This document shows positions 24,641-38,698 of a DNA stretch of 64,000 bases, piece after piece. Position 1 is the stretch's first letter; each line of letters starts with the position of its first letter. The notes beneath the pieces were generated by a model. The model had not been told where the DNA came from and did no database searches. It worked only from the letters and a program-made list of their open reading frames with translations. A program made the position numbers and the translations under genes. Origin of the DNA: Eledone cirrhosa (lineage: Eukaryota); contig OZ024747.1 of NCBI GenBank assembly GCA_964016885.1, positions 7,502,001-7,566,000 of the forward strand. The letters run 5' to 3'.

Positions 24641-25680
24641 GCATACATACATACATACAATATGTATGCATGCATGATACATACATGCATACATACATAC
24701 ATACGTTACTTGTGTGTGTGAGTGTGTATGTGTGTGTGTCTTTTACGTATATTACAACACCACACCCGATTGTCGTTTTGTTATGTCACCGTGGAAACAA
24801 AACATTGTCAACGTGAGTGATGAGTAAGGCGGGTGTGCGGCGGCGTGGGAATTTATTGAGAGATGAAAAGAGAGCGTACCAATGGCACTTAAAAAGAGAG
24901 AAAGGAAAGATAGAGGGGGGGGGTGAGAGAGACACTATATGGTAGATAGATAGAAAAGTAAAGATATATTATGGAAAGCTCGGTTCAATATATACACACA
25001 CACAGACACAAACAAACTCTTTCCTTCTCTCTATTTTTCTATTTATCTCACCTCCTCTCATTCCCCCTCCCCCCCCTCCCCCACTAAAATAAACATAACA
25101 TACATTGGTTGGCTGCCAGCCAATGAGTGGTCAATATTAAACATTTGTTGAATACGTCATTAGGGCGGGAAAGGTAGAAAGCAAATTAGATAATGATTAT
25201 TGTTGCTATTGTTTATAGAGGTGGTGGTGGTGGTGATATTGGCTGTACTATTGTTATGGCCGAGTGGTTCTAGTTGGCATTTCATACTGTTGTTTAATTA
25301 CAAGTCACCTTTGATCGTGTAGACCAATAATTAATAACCATTCCAGCTGTGACCACCCTGTCATTTATTCAGACGTTAAGTATCTAGGACAACATTATCT
25401 ACTGTTATTTTTTTTTTCTTCTTTAAAAAGGTTAGGAGGAAATTTGACGGCTATTTCTAGCAAATGGGGGAACCACTTAGAGACTGTCGTTCGCTAGTGT
25501 TATGATGTTAAATAACCTAGATATGATCTGGTCGATGGCCAGTGTATTGTTGTTTAATCCCAGGCATGCACTGATTCAACAGCCTGGTGATCAAAGTCGT
25601 TCCACCCGTGACAATCTCGGCTTTTTTTCAGACAGTGTATCTAGATCTCTTTTAGCCAAAGGTGTGATCTCTTTTAGCCA

Positions 25681-25780
<100 letters not shown>

Positions 25781-28544
25781 TGTTATAGGGGATAATTTTT
25801 TTTTAACGGAGAAGATAATTCCTTAGATCTAGAAGTCCCCTAAAACATGCAATTATCAGGTGGTTATGTTCACGAGTCTTAACCAACCAATAAAGTGCCT
25901 GTTCCTTGTTCAAGTTTCCTTCCCTCGTAATCATCTGGTGCCACTTCATTCTACAAGTGACTTCATTAGTCTCTCTTCAGATTCCAAACTAACCCTTTTA
26001 CGACCGTATATCTAATGAACTACACTACCCCTGTGTGTATCAATTGTTTAGAAATTTTGAAACATTGAATGAACTAACATTTTCAATTAATAAGCTGATG
26101 TTTGAAGCATTACATAAAAACATTTTCTTATATATAATTATGGAAGGTTTCAATATAAGTATGAACAGTATAAAATGAGCAGTTGTGTAACATAAAACGA
26201 AGGTGGTTTCAGGCGAGTTGGTATACAATAAACATTAAACTAAACGAAAGCATCAGAACTTTATATGGTTGGATGATCACCGCATTATATAATGAAATCG
26301 AATGGTGAGAATAAATTATCATTTATCGCGACATTCAGTCTTTCAGTTGTATCTTACTGATCATTTTCTCTTGAGTTTTTACTACAGAAAAAAGATGTAT
26401 TGAGGGACATCTTGTGACTGGAATTCAAGAAGCGTGATCATACAACATCAACGTGATGGTGTTGAGGTGATATACACCAAATTGGAGTAATGTGTGGTGA
26501 CAATAGCAACAAGAATTAACCATAACAAAGAAGTGAACTTGCAATTTAGCACCCTAGAGAAGCCATGCTAGCCAGTGTTTGTCACTGACTGATATTCCGG
26601 TTAAAGTGCCTGGGAAGGCTGGTTCGGTAAGAATTGGGACGAGAGGGGTCAATTTCACTCAGAAATATGTCGAAAAGAAGCTATCGTTGAAAGATAAGGT
26701 GGATGTGGCGAATGCCTGACGGCTTTGACTTGGTCCAGGGAACACGTAATTAGATAGGAATGTCTAGTCTTTCGGTTCTTGTGGTGATAATGAAACTAAG
26801 CTGACCTGGAGCTAAACAACAATTGTGTGACTTATTGAACGGGAATATAAAGCAGTGGAAACTGTCCATATACAACAAACTCTAGCTCTCAATCAAAACC
26901 ATAACAGTTGAGCCCTAAACACTAAACCTTCTTTACTCTATACCTTATCACGATACCTTTAAAAATGTGGTGCGTGCCTCATTCGTGTTGGAGGTGGAAA
27001 TTGTTTTTCCAGTGGCTTTTGATGTGGTTTGAGCGAATATGGCTTTCAAAACCGTCGCAAATTATTCGTTTTTCAGTTAACAGGGTAACATAGGTGTAAT
27101 ATTCACCCGCTAAACACGAGAACTTAGACAGTCACCATCTCGACCCACTAACTAAAAAAAACGAATGATTACCGGCGGTTTTGAACGTCAGATTCGTTCA
27201 ATACCCATGAAAAACCACGGAGGGGGGGGGTTACCTCTAAAGCGAGACGGGTTTAATTGTAAATAAAACCTGACTAAATATGTTTGGTGTTTAAAAGATA
27301 TAATGTAGCATCTAAAACAATCCTATCCATACCTGTGTGTACCCAATGTTTAGAATTATTGCTCTAAAACTATAAACATATTATTCCGTATTGTCTTATT
27401 TGTTCCTGCGCAAAAACTGTTTATGATGCACAATTGTAACGATTGTCTCAACATTTTGCTGAAGCTAGTGCATCTAACGGGAGAAGGTCTGCCCCGAGAG
27501 ACACTTTTATGAGGGGCATCACTTTTGAGTCTGTTGTATATATTTGAGTATATGGGGTAGGGAACAAATACAAGGGCTGTCCCGGATGGCACACACTCTA
27601 GCTATGCAACTATAGTTGAGTGCACACACACACACACACACACACACACCTCACCGCCTTATTTCCTCATAACTTTCTTAATAATGCATATGAAGGAGTG
27701 ATGCTAGAGCTGTGAAATCTTACATGCATTAGTTTTAACTCTTCATATTAATAACTGCATTGTTTATTTCAAAGCACTATGTTGAAAAATAAACCCCATT
27801 TCGTCATTCCTTGAGAGTATCTTGGTCAGCCTATGTACTTTTCAGCCGACTCTAGCGTCTATTTCAAAAGTGTAGATAATGATTCTTTTTTTAATGTTGC
27901 TTTGTTGTTTTTTCGTATACAAATATATGGCATTATATTGATTGATATTAATTATCAAAATGAAATTGGAAGGCATAAAGGTTAATTAATGAAAGATTCT
28001 CTACACAGTCACTTGACCTGCTAAAAATAACAGCTAAATATCTCTCTCAAGTCACACCTTACTGTATTACAGAAAGAAAGACACATTTGATAATGTAGTC
28101 CCAAATATCTGATATACGAAAACAACAGATGATCATATATTGCAGGACCAGGGCAACGAAAACTGATACTTTTTTTAATCCACTTCAAAGAGATGAGAAA
28201 TAAAGATGATTTCGTGTGTGAATTGAACTCGGACGAAGCATCACTGATGTTCGTAATAATACATGTTGATAAAGATTTATATATATGAATATAAGGGATA
28301 AAGCATGGCCCAAGCTACACACACATATGTCTAAACATCTCTCTCCTCGATATATGCGCGCGCGTGTGTGTGTGTGTGTACGGGTATACATACAAATATA
28401 TATATGTATGTATATATATATGCGTGTGTGTGTGTATGCACATATACATATACTAACAAAAACACACATTTACATACAAACACATAAGCACACAGAAAGT
28501 TAATCAAAGTAACAGATGGGCACACAGGCGCACATACATCTATC

Positions 28545-28616
<72 letters not shown>

Positions 28617-28697
28617 ACAGATGGAGAGTGTGGGCGAGGAGATGTGAGGAGGTAAAGTAAAGTGTGACATGATTGATTGAGATAGAGAGAGGTAGAA

Positions 28698-28788
<91 letters not shown>

Positions 28789-29118
28789 TGTATATACAAA
28801 GCGATACAAAGCGAAAGCAGATTTATATCTGTACATATGTTCGTGAGTGTTTATATATACTTGTGGGTGTGCGTGGTATTAAGCTCCAAGTCAGCTTGTT
28901 TTCTGGAATCGTGTATGTAGGATTACATTATCTAATGTATACCTTCCTCCGTTTAAAATCAAGATTTGAGGGAGATTCGGCTGCTATTTCTTGAACAGGT
29001 AGGGTGAGCACGTAGACACTACGTCGAGACACGTGTCCGTGTTGTAATGTGTTTGTAAGTGTGGTTGGTTGGCATGTCTGTTGGTGTGTCGGTGTGTAGA
29101 TTATTAACAAATAGATAA

Positions 29119-29233
<115 letters not shown>

Positions 29234-29419
29234 GTAGGCAGATAGGTAGATAGATAGAGAGAGAGAGAGAGATAAGCAGGCAGGCAGATAGACAGATAGA
29301 TAGATAAATAGATATCTATCTATAGATAGATAGATAGATAGAGAGGCAGATAGATAGATAGATGGGCAGATAGATAGATAGAGAAAGTGGGAGAGAGAGA
29401 AAGAGGTCTAGAATCTTAC

Positions 29420-29584
29420 CTTAACGTCGTAACAGTTGAGACCGACTTCAGTAGCTATAATTTCCACTTCAAACTCCGAAGGATTTCGGTTTGCCTGGAA
29501 GTTTTTCTCCAGGATTTCTCTCTGATCGTCTTTCACACTTGGTAAAAGGTTGGCGGGTGTTAAATGGGCCTGGATTGCAGCCAT
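29420..29584 (-). CDS. HOPX: HOPX-like homeodomain-only protein, first coding exon (55 aa)
   Basis: MAAIQAHLTPANLLPSVKDDQREILEKNFQANRNPSEFEVEIIATEVGLNCYDVK resembles HOPX (EDQVEILEYNFNK...LIAAEAGLSEEETQ); ends at a phase-0 AAG/GTAAGA donor just before the expected helix-3 xWF; ATG in GAAATGG context. Second exon not located. Confidence 0.75.
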
Positions 29585-30159
29585 TTCAGCCTCTTTCGTC
29601 ACTTCTGATATATAGTTCACTGGACAGATATTAGATAGATCGATTGATTGGTTGATAGATATAGACGTTCTATCTTATGTATACACTCTACACAACTATG
29701 GTAGTATTGTGTATATGTATTATATATCTATAAATACCTTTATAAATATAGTTATGTACAATGTGTTATATGAATTACGGTATGATTATATAGATCTCCC
29801 TTTGATAATGGCCGCCTAAAATACACACACGTATATGTAGTAAATACTGTAGATATGTATAAAGATATAAAGAGTGAGTATATATGTGTATATATATAGT
29901 GTATTAATTACTACTTTTGTAATATAGTATGTGCCAAGCAGTAATAGTAAAGGGTGGCCGTACAAGAAAGGTGTTGTGTTCGTCGAAAGACGACGGGTGG
30001 TTAAATTCCAATAGCGGTAGATAATTGATAGAAGTTGATGTGTGGTGTGTGCTTTAGTTCACACTTGTTGCAGCTTGGCTAACTTTTTTCTCTGGCTGTT
30101 TTTTCCAGCTAACGACACAGGACGGTAGAAGCGGACTGTTTGTTATGTTACTAGAGGTG

Positions 30160-30590
30160 GCAGGCTGGTGATGGTGGTGGTGCTGATGGCGGCGGCGTAT
30201 ATGTGTATGTTTATGTGTGTTTGAAAGAGTAGTGGTGATAGTGGTGATGGTGGAGGTGGTGTAGATGGTTGTATTGGCGGTGGAGGTGGTGGAGATCGTT
30301 GAGTTGGCGGTGAAGGTGGTGTTAGCGGTGGAGGAGGTGGTGGTGAAGGGGGAGGAGGTGGTGTTAACGGAGGGGGGTGGAGGTGGTGGTTCGGTGTGGT
30401 CTTGATGGTAGTGGGTGGTTTGGGCGGTGGTGGTGTGGGTGGTGGTGGCTGGTTTTGGCGGAGACGATAGCAATGATGATGTGTGGTGGTAGTGGCAGTG
30501 GTGGTGGTGTTACGTGTTTGTTGGGGTAGTAGTGGTGGGTAAGAGTGTGATATGGTTGTGAGGGTAGTAGTGAGTGATGGTGGTTGATAT
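30160..30590. repeat. (GGT)-rich low-complexity tract
   Basis: Degenerate GGT/GGA repeats; the Thr/Pro ORF is considered spurious. Confidence 0.75.
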
Positions 30591-30699
30591 GCTTGTTTTT
30601 TAGCCCCAGGTCAATCCTAATCGAGGGGACCTATGATCGAAGGCAGTCCAAGTGTGACCACCAAGTATTTTTCTTATATCCAAAACTACATCATCCAAC

Positions 30700-30731
<32 letters not shown>

Positions 30732-30877
30732 GTTAATTAAGAGGATTTGACTACTAATTCGGGCAGGTCAAACGACCAGGTTGGTGCTCCGTGCTGATGG
30801 CGGCGGCGGCGGTGGTGGTGGTGTACAATAATGGTGGCGGTAGAAGCAACGGTAATTGTTGCAATGTTATATAGTGG

Positions 30878-30922
<45 letters not shown>

Positions 30923-31489
30923 GACATATGCTACAGCGTACATATGTCATATGTCTGTGTGAATTATGTGGCCTATTGGTGTGATGGTACATGTGTGTGA
31001 GTGCACGAGTGCATGCGTTGGTTTGTGTATATCTATGTGTAGGTATAGGTGGGTTAGAGAGGGAGGGAGAGAAAGTGTTATAAAGGAAGAGAGAGAAAGA
31101 GAAAGCTATGCAATTAAAAAGAAAGAAGTTGGTGGGGGAACGTAAAACAATAGGAAGGAGGGGGAGATTAAACGATAACAAGTAGACGATAACTAGATTG
31201 ATGCGTTGAGAGAGAGAGAGATATATATAGAGAGAGGGAAAGAAAGAGAGGGAAAGAAATAGCAGGGAGAAGTATTAGAAAAGAGAGGGAGAAAAAAGTG
31301 AAACACGCACCTTTTTATTATATATATAAATGTGTGTGCATATGTATATATATATTTATACATATGCGCACACATGTTTATACATATATATATTTATACA
31401 TATTATGATCCACACACACACATGTTTTCATATATATATATATATCTGTATATATATATATAATTAGTTCACAACAATTACATTAAGCA

Positions 31490-31630
31490 AATACTATGTA
31501 CCAGAGTACTCAATACTTAGGGTAGTAGAGTGGGTAATAGGAGAAAGTATGACCCCGACGGCTATTTCTGACCAGAAATAGCCGTCGAAACGGCTTGAGC
31601 TCTGCCGTGGGGGTCATACTTTTTCCTATA
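31490..31630 (+). repeat. Structured repeat family C (GCCGTC-GAAA-CGGC motif)
   Basis: Related copies at about 32779-32837, 32862-33030 (inverted), 33600-33764, 33775-33930 and 34751-34802, nearly all abutting (TA)n. Confidence 0.8.
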
Positions 31631-31647
31631 AATATATATATCTCCTA

Positions 31648-31684
<37 letters not shown>

Positions 31685-31977
31685 TTCGTTTCTGAATTTG
31701 AAAAACAAGATGGCGTAGGACAGAACAAAGGAGAGGCACAAAAACAAAGAAAAGAATCCCCAGTCACTGAAGAGGTCACAGAATGTGTGACGAAAGAACT
31801 TTGACAATATATGAACAACCGTCCGGTTGTGGAACCAACCAACCAACCGGAAATTTATAAATTTAATTTATAATAAATTGGAGTGAAAGCACTGGTGCGT
31901 GTGTTTCTTATTGGCAACATGACCCTCCCAAAGCATAACAATATATATATATATATATATATAGGTATGTATATATG

Positions 31978-32572
31978 TATACGTACATATATATATGTAT
32001 ACAGACGCACAGTAGTATGTATATATATATACACACATGCACACATATATATATGCACGTATCGGTTTACCGAACATTTATTATAATGCTCGGTTTGTTT
32101 GTTTGTAAACAAACAGCCCGAATCACGCCGTACAGTGTTTAGGCGACCACGTCACCTTTTTGTTCAACACTGACACAGGAACGATGTACTAGTTTCAAGC
32201 TTATTAGCTATCGTCAGCATCGTATACCTTCCTGCCAGATGGTTGAACGTCTGAAAGTATATACGTTCCTTATGCATATTAACGGCCGAGCAGCCTAATT
32301 TGCATATCGAGTGACTTTAGTCGGCTGGGCGCACCGAAAACGATAAATTGAATAGAATGAAACGAAATTTCATTTCTCACTCTTAGTATGGCAGTTACTT
32401 AAATGTAAGTATGTATACGTACATACATATATGTATACAGACGCACAGTAGTATGTATATATATACATACATGCACACATATATATATGCACGTATCGGT
32501 TTACCGAACATTATTATAATGCTCGGTTTGTTTGTTTGTAAACAAACAAACAGCCCGAATTACGCCGTACAG
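31978..32572 (-). mobile_element. Diverged family A element with about 150-bp terminal direct repeats (period about 437)
   Basis: About 31978-32135 repeats at 32415-32572; the interior shares CTAATTTGCATA, GCACC, AAACGATAAA, GAAACGAAAT and CTCACT..GTATG blocks with the 11.6-12.2 kb element and carries a hammerhead. Confidence 0.72.
32181..32223 (-). ncRNA. Minimal type I hammerhead ribozyme (family A, diverged)
   Basis: ACGAUG-CUGACGA-UAGCU(AAUA)AGCUU-GAAA-CUAG-UA/CAUCGU; same AAUA loop and CUAG palindrome as 12282, with different but paired stems; U-U mismatch at the base of stem II. Confidence 0.8.
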
Positions 32573-32601
32573 GTATGTCACTATTTATAAAACAAATTTT
32601 G

Positions 32602-32663
32602 TATTTTATCTGATGAGTGCGTACCAAAGATTTTGGTACCCTTGAAATATATATAATAAAATA
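32602..32663 (+). ncRNA. Minimal type I hammerhead ribozyme (distinct family, partly degenerate)
   Basis: UAUUUUAU-CUGAUGA-GUGCGUACCAAA(GAU)UUUGGUACCCUU-GAAA-UAUAUA-UA/AUAAAAUA; perfect 8-bp stem I, palindromic stem III, AUA triplet; two mismatches near the base of stem II. Confidence 0.65.
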
Positions 32664-32704
32664 AATATGGTTTTATAAATATAGTTTCCATTTATTAATA
32701 TCAT

Positions 32705-32782
<78 letters not shown>

Positions 32783-32835
32783 AGAATTAGCCGTCGAAAC
32801 GGCTTGAGCTCAGCCGTCGGGATCCTACTCGTTCC

Positions 32836-32866
<31 letters not shown>

Positions 32867-33027
32867 AAGTATGACCCCCACGGCAGAGCTCAAGCCGTTT
32901 CGACGGCTATTTCTGGACAGAAATAGCCGTCGGGGTCATACTTTCTCCTATTACCCACTCTACTACCCTAAGTATTGAGTACTCTGGTGCGTTATGGTCC
33001 ATCTGGTTCCTTACCACAACTCCTCCG

Positions 33028-33089
<62 letters not shown>

Positions 33090-33115
33090 TTGTAATAAAC
33101 AACATAAGGCAATTA

Positions 33116-33176
33116 TTTCATTTACCAGTGGTTTCTTGAAAGCGAACAAATTTAGCTTTCAATCATCAGAATGAAA
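33116..33176 (-). ncRNA. Type I hammerhead ribozyme (family B)
   Basis: UUUCAUU-CUGAUGA-UUGAAAGC(11-nt loop)GCUUUCAA-GAAA-CC(ACU)GG-UA/AAUGAAA; all stems Watson-Crick. Confidence 0.85.
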
Positions 33177-33410
33177 AAATCCTGGTGTATTTATTGACAT
33201 TGGATTTTAAAAACAAAAATATAATCACATAAGAATAAAAATAAATGTAAAAATTATTATAAAGTTGACAGCGATACAGGCAACAAATAAATGAACAAAC
33301 ACACGTGGTAAGCAATACACACAATTGTACATACACATATATACATAAAAATAAATACATACACACACATACACATACACATACACATACATGCACACAC
33401 ACATATACAT

Positions 33411-33441
<31 letters not shown>

Positions 33442-33559
33442 CATATATACACATATATATACATACATATACACACACACATACATATAAATACATACAC
33501 ACACATGTATGTGTGTAAAACTCATTCTTAGATGTATTCATTGAACCTTGTTTAACTCT

Positions 33560-33602
<43 letters not shown>

Positions 33603-33676
33603 CGAAGGAAATGTGGTAAGGAACCAGGTGGACCATAACGCACCAAAGTACTCGATACTTGAGGTAGTAGAGTGGG

Positions 33677-33764
33677 TAATAGGAACCAGTAAGACCCCGA
33701 CAGCTGAGCTCAAGCCGTCGAAACGGCTTGAGCTCAGCTGTCGGGGTCTTACTGGTTCCTATTA
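33677..33764. repeat. Perfect hairpin of family C (42-bp arms, CGAA loop)
   Basis: TAATAGGAACC...CAAGCCGT-CGAA-ACGGCTTG...GGTTCCTATTA. Confidence 0.9.
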
Positions 33765-33971
33765 TATATATATATAACGAAGGAAATGTGGTAGGGAACC
33801 AGGTGGACCATAACGCACCAAAGTACTCAATACTTGAGGTAGTAGAGTGGGTAATAGGAACCAGTTTTTAGTCCAGAATTAGCCGTCGAAACGGCTTGAG
33901 CTCAGCTGTCGGGGTCTTACTGGTTCCTATATATATATATATATATATACATACATACATACATATAGATA

Positions 33972-34018
<47 letters not shown>

Positions 34019-34276
34019 ATATACAATACCTAACTCCTATTAACCTAAGTATTTCTACGGCTCCCCCCGGTTGAGCCAACTCCTTATAACCTGTCCACCT
34101 TGTGTGTATGATTATAATTGATTGGCAGCATGCTAACTAAAGACTACCTACCTATATCACTCAAGAAGATCCCAACCCCATCCAGGACTACTTATGAGCT
34201 GCTTTTGCTCTTTACTCTCTTTACTCTTTGTTCTTGAATGTTTGGTTGGTAGAGTCCATAACACCAATCAAACCCC

Positions 34277-34336
34277 TTTTATAGCTCTGAAGAATCCTAC
34301 GGTTACGTAAGGAAGAAACATTGTAAGCCAATAAAA
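34277..34336 (+). ncRNA. Degenerate minimal hammerhead ribozyme
   Basis: UUUUAUAGCU-CUGAAGA-AUCCUACG(GUUA)CGUAAGGAA-GAAA-C(AUU)G-UA/AGCCAAUAAAA; core intact, stems I and II carry mismatches or bulges. Confidence 0.55.
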
Positions 34337-34653
34337 ATCTTTTGATGTTGTAGACGCTCTTGTGTTCTTTATCATATATATATATATATATATATACATA
34401 CATATACACACACACATATATATAAGAAAATACATAAATATTATATATATATAAAAATAAAAAGGTGAAAGGGGTAAACAAATAGTTGGGAATACGACAA
34501 ATAATAAATAGATAAATAATTAGAAAAGGGTATAAATGTTTATAGCTGATTTAGAGCACTCAACAAATTCCTGGAGCAAATGATCAATGAAAATAAGCAT
34601 TAAATCACTGTATGTAATTATGCATATACATACACATATATATATACATATAC

Positions 34654-34686
<33 letters not shown>

Positions 34687-35032
34687 ACCATACAAATACA
34701 CACATATATACATACATATACATACATATACATATATATATATATACATATAGGAAAAAGTATGACCCCGACGGCAGAGTTCAAGCCGTTTCTGAGGCTA
34801 TTATATATATACACACATAAACAATTATATAAAAATACACATATACACACACCCACACATATCTACAAAAAGTTACGTCACCAGCTTAATAAAAATACAC
34901 ACACGCAAATATAAAAACACACACACACTCACACATATATATATATACACACACACAAATACAACAGAGGCATATAAAATACAATTATATACACACATAC
35001 ATACAATTATATATAATTATATATACACATAC

Positions 35033-35115
<83 letters not shown>

Positions 35116-35325
35116 TACACATATACGCAACACACACACACAGAAATAAATATCTAAAAATAAAAAGGTGGGCATTTAAAGGGTAAGGTAGAAAGTAGGG
35201 GGCAATAAGGAAAATAAATGACAGGAAAATGTTTAAATATAAGGGGAGATAAGGGAGTACAGAAAGTGAGTTCAGAAGGTAAAAAAATCGTAGTGGATGT
35301 AAGGCGTAGAGAGCAGAGAAGAAGT

Positions 35326-36000
<675 letters not shown>

Positions 36001-36578
36001 CAGACAGATAGTGAGAGAGAGAATGAGAGAATGATTTAGTTTTCAATCATTCTTTCGGTTTTCAGTATTTGTTTTATATTTTGTAATTACTCCCACCACC
36101 ACCACCACACACACACCGTATTCTTATTTTTATTTTTGCTTTTATTTTGTTTTCTTATATTCTGTAACTTTTTTATTTTGTAAATTCTAACTTCGCAGTC
36201 AACCGTGTACGGCCACTTCTGTAAGCGGGGGGTGTCCGGCAGACAACTTGATCAGATTATAACCTACAATCCCCACTTTCTCTACAGCTAAACATCTCTT
36301 TCGAGCCCCCATCCCCATTCTCTTCCTCTCTTTCGCTCTCTCTATCTATTTATCTCTCTCTCATACGCTCTCTCCCTCTCCATCTCTCTCTCTCCACCCC
36401 CACCCCCTCTCTCACACACTACCTCTTTTTCTCCCATTTCTGTCTGTCTTTATTTTCATGTTATATTTTTTTCTATGTTATATAACAGCATGTAAAATAC
36501 CACAGCTGCGAGAAGGATTACTACAGAAACGGTCATTACACAATAAACGAATGTTATACTGAAGTCCATCTTTTACTC

Positions 36579-36647
<69 letters not shown>

Positions 36648-37046
36648 AAACTGTATTTTTGCTGTAAAACAAAGAACCACGACATATGATGTGTAATTAG
36701 CTGTGAATGAATCGGAGGTATAACACACCCTCCCTCCTAGAGACGGGAAAAAGTGGACAATCACCGGCGAGAATCGAGTTAATATTTGCTTTTATGTCGG
36801 AAAACTGAGTTACCGTTACACAAATGAGACTAGCCATTAATTGTTGTCTCAATTAAAGCTGATATCTTAGCTGATAAAATGTCTACAATAGAGTTTTATA
36901 TATGTGCATACACATCGTGTGTGTGGGGGTGTGTGTGTGGGGGGTGGGGGTGCCAGTGCAGACAGACGCACGTACATTATTTATACAGAGAATAAGACAG
37001 ATATAAAAGATATATACATAAACACACATACACACACACAAACGCG

Positions 37047-37098
<52 letters not shown>

Positions 37099-37773
37099 GA
37101 GACAGATCTTTAGAACATCAAAAGCAGGTCTGTCTCCATAACAATGTTATTACAGTGCCTTACAAATGTATTATCTAATATGTTATCTGAAAACGTTGTC
37201 ACGGATTGCGTCATAATGTTATGGCGTAACCATTGCAACACACAAACTTGTTTTATGGGTAATTACATAATAAAAGAAGTTATGGAAATTTAACCTTCCT
37301 ATTGTATTATTCATGCGTGTATGTGTGTGTGTGTGTGTGTGTGTTTGTATATTATTCATATATCTTAATATGTTCACTCTGATGGAGGAATTAGTTAATT
37401 TCTCGAATCATTGAGTCTATAGGGGTTACTTAAGATCATTCAACTTGTCAAAATGCAAATGCAGCTTCGATGTAAAACTTGAAATAATATTCTTCTCATA
37501 GTTTTAATTTTATTTATTTATTTTTGAAAACTAGTCCGAGACTTTAATTTGAAGTTGAGTAAATATCTCTTTCATTTCCACCAAGAATTCCTGCTTCAAA
37601 TGTGCTTTCCTCTTTTAAGTGGCCTCCCTCTTTTAAGACCATGTGATACAACAATACTTGACTATTACAGTGCTTGGCAGTATCTTAGTAGCCAAATCGA
37701 AGTCAGATATATAGCGAACGAACGCCTGCTGATGACGATGTATCCTGTTCTAATTACGTAACAACTGTTAGAT

Positions 37774-38064
37774 CAGTCACGGACAACCTGCGGCCCGCGA
37801 AGCTTTCTGGATGACTCGCCTAAGTCACATAAATGAAAACTTTCTGATTTTTTTATCCCAACTTTTCAGTCGTAATTTATCTTTCTATCATTTTTACGAT
37901 CGAGGAAAACAAGGTGTACAAATTCTGAAGAAGCAAATCAAAACAACCTGAGTTACCACCCTTTTTTTTAATGTGGGCATGAATGTAAATTAACGCTTGC
38001 GGCTCGCCTGATGATGAGCCATATCTCATGCGACCCGCTTCTCGAAAAAGGTTGCCCATGCCTG
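37774..38064. mobile_element. hAT-type MITE, same family as 4833-5123
   Basis: TIRs CAGTCACGGACAACCT / AGGTTGCCCATGCCTG; TSD TGTTAGAT/TATTAGAT. Confidence 0.82.
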
Positions 38065-38698
38065 TATTAGATGCATCTACGGTTTGCCATCGCACACTCG
38101 CAACTTGTGACTGCACAACAGAAGATACGTCAGAAACTGTGGCAGTCTGAGTCAGGAATTACTTTTGCTTTTGGTATTCGTTGTTGTTGTTCTATGCTAG
38201 AGCTGCCATACACTTGGTCTGTATATTATTCATGGTATTTCCTTCGAATATCTTAATATGTTCACTCTGATGGAGGAATTAATTTATTTCTTGCATCATT
38301 GTGTGTATAGGGACTACCTCAGATAATTCGAATATGTGTATGTATGTATATGTGTATGTTTGTATTATGCATGTATGTGTGTGTTCATGGATGTATGCGA
38401 AACCGGTATGGAATTCTAATAAATTAGAAAAAAAAAATTCTTAAAGAGCCCCCGAAGTGCATTTTCTTACATTCCTACTTGTGTAGAAGAAAACCAATTT
38501 TCACTCACACAACATCACACACACACACACACACGTATATATATATGAAATGTCCATTTTCGAATCGAAAGAGCTTAAGGAAATCGGACATTTCATTGTT
38601 AATGACCTTATATATAGAGATAGATAGATATGTGTATCCCGGTTTCAGTCGGGGATAACCAGAGTAAGGTACTCAATACATAGAGTATATACAATATC

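Noticed and set aside
31490-34802. CRISPR-like reading of the recurring palindromic family C units
   Set aside because: Eukaryotic context, irregular spacing, mixed orientations, microsatellite spacers and no cas genes.
37350-38330. Two copies of CACTCTGATGGAGGAATTA...(CTCGAATCATTG) repeat at about 37370 and 38260
   Set aside because: A hairpin is present but the core deviates (CUGAUGG, GAAU) and stem I does not pair; treated as an ordinary dispersed repeat.
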